A stretch of 64,000 nucleotides of DNA from Octopus sinensis (GCF_006345805.1 NC_043013.1:47988001-48052000); one strand, 5' to 3'; shown: positions 13,420 to 26,120, counted from the first letter of the stretch. A program made the numbers and translations. The notes: generated by a model not told the origin, from the letters alone.

Positions 13420-15500
13420 GTTGGCTTTTGGTTTCAAATCACGGTGTCTGATCAAAGAAGTACACGTCCACGAACAGCTTATAAAATTCCAAAGCGTTAT
13501 TATTAATACATATATGCGAAGATACACGTGCACACACAGATACTGGCACTCGTTTGGTTACGACGACAATGTTCTTTTACAAAGAGAAGACAAGCGGGAG
13601 ATCGACTGCAGAGTGGGTTTCGACTTGGCATCAAGACTTCTATCGCGAAAAGCCTTAACATGGTTTTTCACATCAATTATCAAATCATCACTTCAAGATT
13701 TCCATTGTCGGGAGAAATAGTTCGCATCACCATCGGCTGTGCATATGCTCCAGTTCTAGACACCGATCTATTTCGAAGACTGTACTGAGGAAAGAAGCGG
13801 TCGGTAATACCATCTCCAATGTTTTATATTGCTGGATACTTGTACTGAGCATAACCTTGTTATTATGTATACCCTGTTCAAACTCGAAGAGAAATACACC
13901 CGAGATCAAAACATTAGCATCTCATTGACTATTATTAACAAAACCATGTGAGAGCTATAAGAAGAACTAACAACTACTGGACAGATCATTTGAAATATCA
14001 ACTGAATCCTCGGATCAGATCCCGTAATACCCCCATCGAGAAAGAAGATCAAACTCATCGTCCGTAATCCTAATCGTCATGCTGAATTTGAGAAGTGTAT
14101 CTCTGAAGAACTTCAGCAACATCCACCTCCTACCTGACAAGAAATAATCGAAAAATGATGAATCAACCAAAAGAAGATGCTAATCAAGATGAACAAAACT
14201 TGTAGGAATTACTAAAAGATACCACAAAATTGGTGTGATGAAAACGATCCGGAAATTGCAACATTTATCAGTCTGAATAGACAAATTCGACTTACTTCAG
14301 ACAATCAACCATCTTCAACTGCCAAAAAGAAAAAAGAAAAGCTATCAACCCAGGATCTGCAATAATCCAAAACGGCTGATGGATTTCGAAATATTTAAAA
14401 TTACCCTCGTAAATGAGGCGCGAGAAAGTTTTGCGCAGGAAAATCACCTACTGACCTCATCGTCTACTATAACTCCATTCAAGTTATCAGATGGATTAAA
14501 AGTCTTAAAATACGAACCTGATGACTTTAGTCTTTGGACGAAACATTTTCGAAACTTTCCCCAATTGTGCAGCTAACGTCAATGCTGCCACCATCGACCC
14601 GATTCTACAGTTTCCGTCATCTTACAAAAATGAAGAATAATAGACAATATTTCTATTGCAATTTTCAAAATATGTGAACAGTTACAGGTTACCCTATCGC
14701 ATCAAATCAATCATCTGAGAAAGACAAAATGTTTCATTTGATCTCAAAGATGCCTAAATTGCAACAATTTTTCAAGAACACAAGATTAGGAGACTGTGAG
14801 AAGCGTAGAGAAATTTTGCTCCTCTTGATTGCGAGAAAATTTTCTACAAGAATTTTGCTAGAATATCTCTAACCAAAAGCCAAATCTACACTGTCTGTGT
14901 CACAGAAAGTATTTTGCCCTAAACGTGTATAGTCGGTTTTGTTTTTTCAATCTGTCTGCTGCAAAGCACAATCAATGAGCACAAGATACTATAGCTCTTT
15001 TTTAAAGGTCTGATCAAAGCTTTTACCGTCAGCACTGTAGAAAATATACTTCAAAAGCTTGGTACTTCCCTTATAATTCCTTGCTACCATCCCAAAGTTC
15101 GATGAACAGTGAACACGTAGTGTTCACTGCTATTTAAACGGATCCGCCTCATCATTTGATGTTAAAACTTGTATGGAGCAAGAAGATGTCCTTGTGCCAA
15201 CGTAATACCTATGTCCTAGAACAAGTAGAAATGACAAGTTTCGCGATGACCACAGTTCATCAATTGAGCTGGATTGGCCATTGTCGACTTTGATGAACAA
15301 TGAACGACTGTCGAAAATAACGTTTTGTTCTGAGATGGCAACAGGGAAGCATTACAATGAAAGACCATGAATGATTATCAGAAACATCCTGAACCTAAAC
15401 TTCCCTGTGGCATCCGAGCAAAGGAAGTTGAGACTGTCAGGGAAGATAAATAAATACGAGGGATCGCTGCCATTTTGGGTCTTAATTCTTTGAACGGAAC
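13420..15500 (+). mobile_element. Heavily decayed RTE-clade (BovB-like) LINE, endonuclease plus RT, internally deleted
   Basis: GIKTSIAKSL..RFPLSGEIVRITIGCAYAP; CTEHNLVIMYTLFK; NWCDENDPEI; LSDGLKVL..LWTKHF; KGLIKAF..ILQKLG; QLSWIGH..ERLSKITFCSEM. These match RTE ORF motifs in colinear order. Confidence 0.85.
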
Positions 15501-16196
15501 ATGAATATCTATGAGCACCAAAAGATAGCACATCAGAAAGAGGCAGCTGGCTACTATCGGTGAAAAGCCCTCAAAGATCTCATACAAAAAACGTCACCAA
15601 ATGTTTCAAAGAAATTTGGTTAGAAGAGTGCAGAATAAAAGTAAATGAAGTGGGTGGTGCGACGTTACAAATCGAGAACGGTCACAACAGTGTTGCTGTT
15701 GGACGATTTCGTACTGCTACAGATATAGTTTTGTATTTTTAACACTACGTCTATAAGAAACGCTTTCCTGAAACGTTTATTGCAGTTAATTAGGTTTTCA
15801 GTGATGTGTCTGCTTACAGAATGATGTACAGATGCATATTTTGAACTAATGTTGCTTCCGAGTAAATGCGACGTCGGTGATTTTTCAGTCACTGTTTTAC
15901 TATATCAGCAGTGGAAGGTATTAGTAGCGACAGATTCTTATCTTAGCATATACTGACGAAGCACAAAGAGGCAGAAATACATATTTAGCAATGCTACTAC
16001 CGCTGTTGTACGAATTCCATCTTCTACTGCTTCAGAGGTTTTTTTAAATAACTCCATGAGAGATACGTTCTCGAGTAGAATATTGCTGTTTAACAGACTT
16101 TTAACGATTTATCTGTTTTAAGTACGATGCATAGATACACACACACACACGTAACCACACACACGCACACACACTCATACATACACACACACACAC

Positions 16197-16320
<124 letters not shown>

Positions 16321-16419
16321 ATGAGAGAGAGGGAGAAACAGAGAATATGTTTAAATAAAGAATATATGCAACCAAAAAACAAGCAAGTCTCCAGGCAGAA
16401 AATACACTAAAATTTTCAA

Positions 16420-16790
16420 GATAAAATTATACGTATGAAATTCAGTGCTTATGTAGTCAAGCGGTTTCTCTTTTAAAAAATATTAATAATTCTGTGACTA
16501 ATAAATCTCTTATGATTTGGTGCTTTCATGATAATTTCTTTAGGAATGGGAAAAAATTATATAGGGCAAACTGCAAGGGCATTATGAAGACTTGATGCGC
16601 ATAAAGACTATATTAGATTTCCCTGCTACAAATATCTCAGAGAGCGATAGATACATGTGCTGGGAAAATTTTGAAAGTTTTTCCTCTGTATCGATGTAGT
16701 AACGAAATTTATGAACAACAGCGATTGAATAAGGAGACTACATACACTGACAGATAGCGGGCCTGTCTAAATACACAAATTTAATTAATT
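16420..16790 (+). mobile_element. Penelope-like element GIY-YIG endonuclease C-terminal relic
   Basis: KNYIGQTARAL*RLDAHKDYIRFP..DTCAGKILKVFPLYRCSNEIYEQQRLNKETTYTDR*RACLN (YIG motif and terminal LN). Confidence 0.75.
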
Positions 16791-17271
16791 TTAATTACAT
16801 TTAGGTTTAATTAATCAATTTTTATTATTCATATTTCTGTTTGATTAAAACTGATTGCATTTATATCTGTTATTAATTAAAATAAATTAACTACTGACAA
16901 CTTCGTAAATTACTTTTAATAAACAAAAGTGCATTACCTCCCCTGATACCAGAACATCGATTTATAAAATTGTGAAATCATAGTAACAACGCTAGCATCA
17001 CCAACAAAATTAAGTTCTCAAATCAGAAAAGTATAACAACGTAATTAATTAGTAAATCATGAATAACTATAAAATAGTGAAACCGGAAGATTTTATAATC
17101 ACTATAATTTGTACATACAGTCGTATTCTAAGGATTTCAGAGCAAACTTCTTTCATACATACATACACACATTCATACGTGCATGCATGCATTTGTGTAT
17201 GTGTGTGCGTTTGTATGTGTGTGTACGTGTGTGTGTAGGTATGATATACACACAAATATACTCACACATAT

Positions 17272-17382
17272 TTAGCACCCGACGAGATACATCTGCACCA
17301 CCGGATGCTGCTGAACCAATTGTTGAGTGATCCACTCAAATGGAATTGATGCTAGATGTATCGAAACAATTGTCGTGATTAA
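17272..17382 (+). ncRNA. Type I hammerhead ribozyme with extended branched stem II (CCGACGA core)
   Basis: TTAGCAC-CCGACGA-GATACATCT GCA...TTGAGTG atc CACTCAA...TGC t AGATGTATC-GAA-ACAATTGT-C-GTGATTAA; palindromic stem III, GUC triplet. Confidence 0.75.
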
Positions 17383-17444
17383 TAATAAATTCTCATATAT
17401 TCCATCTTCTGTCTTTCATTTGTTTTATATATATATATATATAA

Positions 17445-18212
17445 TTCAAAAATAACCGGAAACGTTCTCTGTGGCACAGGCCCATTGTAGTTCAGGCTTC
17501 CACCGCTCGTGATGCGTCTTTGTTTTGCAGTGCTTCTCCACTATTCGTCGATTTTTGCGATGGCTGAAACTAAGAAACAGCATGCTTCCATGAAATTCTG
17601 TTTTCTACTAGGGAAAACAGCGGTCGAAACAGTTGTCATGCTTTAAAAGGACGCTGTCATGAGCAAGACAGAAGTTTACGGGTGGTTTCCACGCTTTAGG
17701 AATGGTCACTTGTCACTTCAAGACCAGCCTCGTCCAGGACAAAAATTCATGAACTGATCTTGGAGGACCGTCACCGAACAATTGACGAACTTGTTGATAT
17801 GACTAGCATGTCCTGGAACTCCTGGCAACACATTTTGAGCGAGGAATTGCGAATGAAGAAAGTTGCAGAAAAATGTGTGCCTCGTTTACTCACAGAAGAT
17901 CAAAAGCATTCACTACTGAATGCATGTCGTAAACTGTGTGAGAACAGTTGGAAATTGATCCGAACCTTTTTTCGAAGGTCACAGCTGTTGACGAAAACTG
18001 GTGCTATGGAAATTTGCTGATGTGGAAGTAGAACGACGGAGCCGTTAAAAGGTACCACTTCGCAACATTTCCAGCACTGCTTCGAAGAGTGGAAACGCGC
18101 CTAAACCGATGCATTGCCCCACACGAGGAATACTTTGAAGGCTATAAGAGTGTAAACATGTAAAACTGAGTAAAATATTACAAAATTCCGGTTTCTTTTT
18201 GGTACCCACCGC
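17445..18212 (+). mobile_element. Internally deleted mariner transposon
   Basis: MAETKKQHASMKFCFLLGKTAVET..VYGWF..DQPRPG; EDRHRTIDEL..ILSEELRMKKVAEKCVPRLLTEDQK; TIR-like AAAAATAACCGGAA / TTCCGGTTTCTTTTTGGTACCCACCGCATA. Confidence 0.88.
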
Positions 18213-18511
18213 ATATATATGTGTGTGTGTGTGTGCATTTCCATGGCGATTAGTTGTCGAAAATGCTTACCATAATGTGGTAATATCAGTGGATGTATGT
18301 GCGCTAGGGGCATGATAACTTACCGTGTATGCTTGTGGCCCTGGATAATTTTCACTTTAAACTCCCTCTACATGGTCCGGTTGAGTAACAAGCATACAGT
18401 TTGGTCATTTTATTTAGCTTTTAATATGCAAACTTAAACATGTAAACCTGCCCAAATCGTATTGTATAAATTATTGACAATTCAATTATATACAGCAAAT
18501 AACTTTCATGC

Positions 18512-18612
18512 TTAATTCTGAAGAGTCAAATTTCTACATATGTCAATGACATCTCATGAATCAATAGCAATATTCATGAGATCGAATTCAGCTGAAACAA
18601 TTGTAGATGAAT
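18512..18612 (+). ncRNA. Decayed hammerhead of the long-stem-II family
   Basis: CTGAAGA..ATCTCATGAAT caatagcaat ATTCATGAGAT..GAAACAATTGTA; base of stem II and stem I eroded. Confidence 0.5.
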
Positions 18613-18630
18613 GTAATAAAAGGACTAATT

Positions 18631-19170
18631 CACTGGTGAGACCCATATTGGGGTACGGGATTCAAGCCTCTTCTCCTTATCTCCTCAAAGACATACAACA
18701 TCTCGAAAGAGTCCAGAAGCTGGCTACCCGCATGGTTCTTGGTCTCAAAAATTTGTCTTATGAAGAAAGGCTGAAGACGCTCGACCTTTATTCTCTAGAA
18801 AAACGACGATGCCGTAGTGATCTCATTCTTGCTCACAACATCATAAGCGGAAAGTGTGACCTCTCGAAAGAGCTGTTCTTCACTCCTGCTCCAGAGCGTC
18901 GGCTGCGGGGTCATTCCGAAAATCTCTATCTGCGACGATTTCATCTCAATCGAAGGAGAGGGGCATTCTCCGTCCGGGTTGCGAATCCGTGGAATAAGCT
19001 GCCAGACGAGATGGTGAAGTTGCCGACGACCGCTCGGTTCAAAGTCTCCCTTGATCTCAAGTGGCCTGAACTCTTTACATGAACACCACCACGTACATAA
19101 CTCCATGTCCCCCTACATGGCCTTGCTTTTTGCTTTTTGAGCCAAAAAACTAACTAACTAACTAACTAAC
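18631..19170 (+). mobile_element. 5'-truncated CR1-clade LINE 3' end with (TAAC)n tail
   Basis: LVRPILGYGIQASSPYLLKDIQHLERVQKLATRM..LSYEERLKTLDLYSLEKRR..DLI..RGHS..FSVRVANPWNKLP; stop at 19082; 3'UTR ends AACTAACTAACTAACTAAC. Confidence 0.92.
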
Positions 19171-19649
19171 TTCATTGTCCTTCGTTATAACTATAAAAGC
19201 TCTGAGGATATTTGTAGATTTTCAAGAATATTTGATAAAACGAACAATCTCTGGATTGCTGTTTGTCGGATAGCCAGGACCCATGGATGAGCTTCGAAGA
19301 GTAAACACAATGGTTAACCTATGAATGAAATTAGCATATTAACTACCCACTAATATTTGACTGAGTCGCTTACTACGAAATAGGGAATAAACGAACTTGA
19401 TGTTTCAATAAAAGTCATACCTATACCAAAAGTGTGTACCTTAATTCATTAAAAACGAACACAAGTGCCTTCATTCAGAGACTTAGTTGGACTTCATTTT
19501 TCTTTGACAAAGGGAAGCAGAAGGATAATTACAAGGGACTCGAAAAATTACTAAGGTATGAATTTAAGTCATTGAGAAACCATCCACCTAATCAATACTT
19601 AGTCCCTTTTGTAACAATATGTGTAACAATATGAGTTCTGAGGTACTGC

Positions 19650-20290
19650 AGAGTATGGAATAATTCCTTAGTCACCAATACTCCCAAATTCGCTCTGATC
19701 CGGGGCGGTAATACCTGTTAGGATCCTATCTATGAGTTAGCGGCAAAGCATACTGGACATATCCGACGTGTCAACACTCTGATTCCATGGACATGTCTTG
19801 TAGCATTCAGTAGCCACCCTCCACCCTAGGTAACTACCTCACGGCCACCTAGGAAGATTTTTGAGCTAGGGCTTTAACAAAATCCCGATGTAAAACCTAC
19901 GACTGAACTCACTGTCACCGTCTCAGCTTGCTGGGCTATGGCGGATGAATCCTGAGTTCAGCACATACTGCACTTCACCTAAAATCTCCATTGCGCAGGC
20001 TCGCAGGACCACCAATCGTTCCAAGCCCTGTAGCGATGGAAAACGGGCTTAAACGATGGATGGAAGATAGCGTTGGCAGCCGCAGTCTCAGTTTTGCATG
20101 CAAGCGGTTCAGCATATTGGTAGCTTGATGTTGAGCTGAGGACGTAACATCATTCGGCACATCCTGAATGAACAAGCCACCTTCTCTAGGGATACTTCTA
20201 CTTGCTCGACATAGAGTGGGGCCTAAAAAGGATGACCTAAACAGAGCTCATCTCGTACACCCCCAGTTGGCAAACCGCGGTCGATTTGTA
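19650..20290 (-). mobile_element. GC-richer repeat-like segment, possibly LINE (RTE-type) 5' UTR
   Basis: Composition shift and a motif recalled from RTE-type 5' ends (rc TCGTTTAAGCCCGTTTTCCATCGC); no coding motif found. Confidence 0.3.
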
Positions 20291-20554
20291 TCTTCTCATG
20301 CAGTCGAACAACATGAAAGATAAAAAAAAGCTACACATCCACCTGCAAGGATGTGAAAGGACTGAAAATCGTATGGTGGAACATGAGGACCTGCTTGACA
20401 CCGCCGAAGTAGTCGAGGGATGATGACGAGGGAGGTAAGGGGAGGAGGGAAGGATGATGAGGTAGAGGAGGAGAGGTGGGTGAGAGGAGAAGGGGACAGG
20501 AGAGGGAGGTGAAGGAGGAGGATATATATATATATATTGGTGGATATGTATCTA

Positions 20555-20786
20555 TGTGTGTGTGTCTTTGTGTCTGTGTTTGTTCCCCCCACCACCACCA
20601 CCAGTTGGCAACCAGTGTTGGTGCGTTTACGTCCGTGTAATCTAGCGGTTCAGCATAAGAGACCGACAGAATAATTAATAAACTTTAAAACAAATAACAC
20701 CTGGGATCAATTTGCTTGACTAAAACCCTCCAAGGCGGTGCAGCAGCATGGCCGCAGTCACATGACTAAAACAATTAAAAGATAAG
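20555..20786 (+). mobile_element. SINE family 1, diverged 3' half
   Basis: GGTGCGTTTACGTCC..GAGACCGACAGAATAA..AAGGCGGTGCAGCAGCATGGCCGCAGTC. Confidence 0.8.
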
Positions 20787-21254
20787 CGGTAATTGAAATT
20801 ATGTTAACAACGAAAACATGGTCTCTTTAGAGAAACGTTTGAAGATACCAAACCAATGTGGAAGCGGAAAGTTTGAGTATTTTTTTTATCTTTATACCGA
20901 TTGACCTCAGCCTTCCCCTACCGTTCCTTTGGTTACTTCATTCGGTATTTAAAACTAGGTAGAGTTCTTTACTCACTTAATCTATAGACCTTATGGATCG
21001 GAAATTGCAGGAGTGCCAAAGGTATTTGAGTAGAGAAGGAGCCATTCACAAAATTAGAATGCTCTGCCTTTAGTGGTGTTGAAGAAGAAAGAGAGAAAGA
21101 AGACAGGGTTTGAATGTCAGGTGAAAATCTTTAACACTGAATATTCAACTACAATGTATGAATGAATATGAGTGAGTGTGCTAGCGTACGCGAACACATA
21201 CATAAATACGTACATACATATATACATACATACATACATATATAATAAATATAT

Positions 21255-21297
<43 letters not shown>

Positions 21298-21454
21298 TAA
21301 AGAATTTTTTTTTTCTTCTTCTTCTTCCTCTTGTTCTTCTTCTTGCCTTTGTTCTTGCGACCGTTATTGTCGTTCCTCCTCGTTACATGTTTTATCTTGG
21401 CTACCGAATAATTGTCACATATTATTTTACATATATATATATATATATGTATGT

Positions 21455-21629
21455 TTAAGAAAAGTTTCCAGTTCCTTGGTTTTGTGTTTATGTTTTCGCT
21501 TCTCATTGTGTTCGACGTTTTTTTTTTTTTTTTGGTGTCCTGTACCCATCTATGCATGTATATATACATGTAGAGGTAGGTAGGTACATATATGTATGTA
21601 TATATGCATATGTTTTATTTTATTTATTA

Positions 21630-21640
<11 letters not shown>
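21455..21640 (-). repeat. Unclassified dispersed repeat (copy 2, inverted relative to 1074-1250)
   Basis: TTCCTTGGTTTTGTGTTTATGTTTTCGCTTCTCATTGTGTTCGACG..GGTGTCCTGTACCC. Confidence 0.8.
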
Positions 21641-21661
<21 letters not shown>

Positions 21662-21889
21662 CATGCATATATGAAGGCTTTCAAATACACACGCATATAA
21701 GTATTTATATATATACATATATGTATGCATATAAAGTTTGTCATGTTTAGCCGTGCAACTCTCCAATTTCTTTGCCAAGTCTCCGCCATACGATATAACG
21801 CCCAATGTGTTTTCTATCTAATCACAGGCGGAATGATTAATTTTCTAATGGAATAACCAACAACATTGCACTTCGTTTTGATGACAGTT

Positions 21890-22320
21890 TTTCTTCTTCT
21901 TCTTCTTCTTCTCCTTCTTCTTCTTCTTCTTCTTCTTCTTCTTCTTCTTCTTCTTCTTCTTCTTCTTCTTCTTCTCCTTCTTCTTCTTCGTCTTCTTCTT
22001 CTCATTATCCTTTTTCTTCTTCTTCTACTCCTTTTTCTTCTTCTTCTCCTTTTTTCTTCTTCTTCTTCTTCTCCTTCTTCTTCTTCTTCTTCTCCTCCTT
22101 CTCCTTCTTCTCCTTCTTCTTCCTTTTCTTCTTCTTCACCTTCTTCTTCTTCTTCTTCTTCTTCTTCTCCTCCTCCCCTCCTCCTTCTTCTTCTTCTTCC
22201 CACTTCTTGCCTTTGTTCTTGCGACCGTTATTGTTGTCCCTCCTCTTCGTCCTTCTTCCCTCATCATCTCTTCCTCATACTTCGCCTCACATTTTTATTC
22301 TTCTTCTTCTTCTTCTTCTT
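21890..22320. repeat. (CTT)n polypyrimidine tract
   Basis: About 310 bp of near-continuous CTT/CCT (to about 22200) plus a shorter flank; source of the poly-L and poly-R/E ORFs. Confidence 0.95.
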
Positions 22321-22967
22321 CATTTTCATCTCATTCATTGTTCTATGATAATTTTACAATTTTAAAAAATTTATTCCAATTGTTTCTTTTATTTTTTTAT
22401 TTTTACTTATTATTTTCATTGTGTTCTTTTGTTTTTTTTTGTTTTTTTTTACTTTCTTATTTAGTTTATTTTTGTAAATTCTTTTCATTCAACCGAGTTT
22501 GCTTTTAACTGAATTTAATTTAAAGAAGGTTTTAATGCGTTCCGCTTGTTGTTAATGTTGTTGTTATTATTGTTGCTGTTGTTTTGTGCCGACATGTGTA
22601 TCTCTGTGTCTGTTCAGATTTCGGCCTTTCTATGTCTAAGTGTGTAAATATGTAGGGTGTATTTGTGCGTGTGTGTGTGTTTGTCTGTCTGTGTTAGGTG
22701 TATATGTATGTGTGTGCATGTGTGTGTCTGTTCTAGAGTGCGTTTCGCTACTATATTTCTGTGTTTCACTACATGTCTGTAATAATCCGGTTTTCTTCAT
22801 GTTTGAAATTGGATTTCTACATATTTATATATATGTATGCATATGAATATATATACATATTCAAACAGGCGTGCCTTCATACACACACCCACACATATTC
22901 CTCACTTTCTCTCCCTCTCTTCTCTCTGTCTCTCTCTTTCTCTTTTCTCTCTCTCTCTCTCTCTCTC

Positions 22968-23024
<57 letters not shown>

Positions 23025-23955
23025 TATATATAGAAATATATATATATAATATATATATAGAGAGAGAGAGAGGAGGGGGGGGAGAGTGAGTGAGTGAGAG
23101 AGAAAGGACATATACAAGCATACGTACTCACATACACACAAACACATACATACATACATACATACATACATACATTGGCATTTCCCGTTAAGTTGTTTGA
23201 GAAGGAAGTCGCTATGGAAAGCTATTGTCCATATTTTATATACCATTTTCTTCGCCATTATTTATTAAATTTTTCTTTTTTCCACTCGTCTGTCTTCTGA
23301 TGCATCGAACAAATGCATAACCATTTCTCTAGCTACCTTTATAGCCGCTACATGACTGTTGTAATATATAGCTTATCCGGTCTACAACCTCCGATGAATG
23401 CTTACCTTCAAATCCCAGCCCCTAACTCCCTAGGTATACATCTCAGTTCAGTTACTTCCAATGGATTTAACTGCGTCTACATTATTTTTACTGGTGTTAT
23501 ATCTAATCTATTCCACGCAGATTCTCCGAGCTAACCGGGTCCCCAAGGCATACCTAATAAACTCACCCAGACCGAAACTGCGTTCAGCCCACATCCACTG
23601 GCATTAATGAAACGCTATACAGGCCATTTATAAACGCATCATACATTTCTTTTTTCATTGTTACATGCGAAACTAAATAAATTGCAAGTTAATGTAAATG
23701 GAATATCATTCGATAAGTTTTGGTTTTTCAATTTATCTCCTCTGACAACAAAATTTTTATCTCGGAAATGAAGAAATAGGCATAAAGCACTTATAACAGA
23801 TGTTTTGCAACGTCACTAAAGTAACAAAACGCACTCTATGTGCATATTTTCAGGTAAAATTTCTATCGGATGTAAAATAGGATTTTTTAAATCACATATA
23901 TGTCAACGCTTTTCCCATTAGCATACACATAACACACACATACATACACACATGA

Positions 23956-23987
<32 letters not shown>

Positions 23988-24039
23988 TATAGCCAAAATA
24001 TATATATATAGTACGGAATCATAAATTATATTGTCAACT

Positions 24040-24281
24040 AAATGTCAACATACACACATGCATATATATGTATATATATATATATAGCCAATATATATAT
24101 ATATATATAGATATATATATATATATATATAGATATATATATGATGTATATATATTATATATATATATAGATATATATCTATAGATGTATATATAAATAT
24201 GTATATATATATATATATATATATAGATATATAATAATATATAGATATATATATATATATAAAGATATATTATATATATAT

Positions 24282-24356
<75 letters not shown>

Positions 24357-24443
24357 CTATATATATATATATATATGTATATTATATATCTATATATATA
24401 TATATATTATATATATATATATATATATAATATTATATATATA

Positions 24444-24478
<35 letters not shown>

Positions 24479-24506
24479 GATATTATTTTATATATATATA
24501 TATATA

Positions 24507-24540
<34 letters not shown>

Positions 24541-24559
24541 TATTATATATATATATATA

Positions 24560-24590
<31 letters not shown>

Positions 24591-24592
24591 AG
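24040..24592. repeat. Interrupted (AT)n tract of about 550 bp
   Basis: Visible tandem units. Confidence 0.95.
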
Positions 24593-24594
24593 CT

Positions 24595-25095
24595 ATAATA
24601 AATCTCTGAGAGAGCGGTAAACACTGCTTACAGTACGGAATCGTAAAATATGTTTGTCAACTAAGTGTGGCGGTCCCATAGACAACGATGTAACTGTTGG
24701 TTTTTAGCCCCAGGAAGACATCTCCTTCAGCTGGCTAACGATACAGTCTGTGTCCGATTAGTCTTTGCGAAAGGAGGTCATCGCTCTCACCTCTACCCCG
24801 TTTTCAGTATCTGACTATATCTATGTGGTGATTATCACACTCTGAAAGTGGGTAACTACTCAGAAACACGGGTCTGTGTGTATCACGTAAGACTAGAGAT
24901 GGGAGCGATGACACCCCTCGCAAATCCTCATGGGACACAGACAGTGCGTCGTTAACTAGCAGGAGGAGATGTTTTCCTGCGGTTAAAAACAACAGTAGCA
25001 TCGTCTTCTACGGGACCGCCACGTTTAGTTGGCAAATATATTTCACGATTCCGTACTGTTACTGTTTACCTCTCGCTGAGAGATCTAATATAGCA
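24595..25095 (+). mobile_element. Foldback cassette A: imperfect inverted arms of about 200 bp around a hammerhead
   Basis: 24595-24795 is the approximate reverse complement of 24893-25095 (e.g. GTACGGAATCGTAAAATATGTTTGTCAACTAAGTGTGGCGGTCCC vs GGGACCGCCACGTTTAGTTGGCAAATATATTTCACGATTCCGTAC). Confidence 0.8.
24828..24886 (+). ncRNA. Type I hammerhead, core mutated (CTGAAAG), GUC site intact
   Basis: GTGAT tat CACAC t-CTGAAAG-t GGGT aact ACTC a-GAAAC acgg GTC-t GTGTG t ATCAC. Confidence 0.6.
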
Positions 25096-25169
25096 TATAT
25101 CTCCTTTTTCGAGATCAGTTTCAAGTTGTCGCTTGAAAGAGCATATAGTATTTTGCGAGTGAAATGAGT

Positions 25170-25400
25170 TTTCATCACTAACTGGTGATTATCAGACGCT
25201 GAAGACGGGTAACTACCCCAGAAACACGGGCCTGTGTGTATCATGTAAGGCTAGAGATGGGAGTGATGAACTTCCCTCGCAAATATGAAACGGATACGGA
25301 CAGTGTGTTGTTAGCCAGCTGGAGGAGATATGGGGCTAAAAACAACGGTAATATCGTTCTCTATGGGACCGTCACATTTAATCAGCAAATATATTTTACG
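25170..25400 (+). mobile_element. Cassette B: direct tandem partial copy (HHR plus right arm) of cassette A
   Basis: CTAGAGATGGGAGTGATG..CCCTCGCAAAT..GACAGTG..GTTAGCCAGCTGGAGGAGAT..AAAAACAAC..TATGGGACCGTCAC is colinear with 24893-25045. Confidence 0.8.
25185..25243 (+). ncRNA. Type I hammerhead, core intact (CTGAAGA), cleavage triplet mutated to GCC
   Basis: GTGAT tat CAGACG-CTGAAGA-c GGGT aact ACCC a-GAAAC acgg GCC-TGTGTG t ATCAT. Confidence 0.62.
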
Positions 25401-25450
25401 ATATATATATGTGTGTGTGTGTGTGTGGTGTGTGTGTGTGTGTGTGTGTA

Positions 25451-25494
<44 letters not shown>

Positions 25495-25499
25495 TGTAA

Positions 25500-26055
25500 A
25501 AGTCTTTCCAGTGAACTCTTCAAAGAAATATCACTGAGACAAGTAGAGAAATTTAAGAATCCCGAGACTGTATTCACAAGTGTTGGGAAGCAGGAGACTT
25601 ACTTGAAGCCAAGAGTTGCATGTGCTTGCATAGTAATGCACTCACTATATCAGTCGAGAGTACACTCGCGAATACAAGTGGTGCTCATTCGAAAAATCGC
25701 TAGAATAAAGTTACTAGACGGGATGCGCAACACGGAAACCAGGATGTCTCACCAAGTCGAGCCACTGTTTCTATGTATTAAGAAGTTCATAACCACGGAA
25801 TGCTGGAGGGAAAGATCGCAGGACGGATTCTTCAAACCGAGCCAATCGACAGGATGCCTAGGGACACACCGACAACGAGACGGCTGCATTGTATCAACAA
25901 TCTCGGTAGGTGGCGCTTGGGAATCCAGTTGGAAAATGTAATGACGGCTGTTCCTGTTAGGACCCTACGACTGTATGGAGATGCTGCCTAGGGACTTTAC
26001 TTTTCCCCGGCCCAACTATCCTAGGAATATTCGACAGAAAAGATGAATGAATGGA
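25500..26055 (+). mobile_element. Decayed RTE-clade LINE 3' end with (GAAT)n-like tail
   Basis: RIQVVLIRKIARIKLLDGMRNTETRMSHQVEPLFLCIKK..; GKIAGRILQTEPIDRMPRDTPTTRRLHCINNL; tail GATGAATGAATGGATGAATGG. Confidence 0.8.
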
Positions 26056-26089
26056 TGAATGGATATATATATGTATATATATATGTATA

Positions 26090-26120
<31 letters not shown>

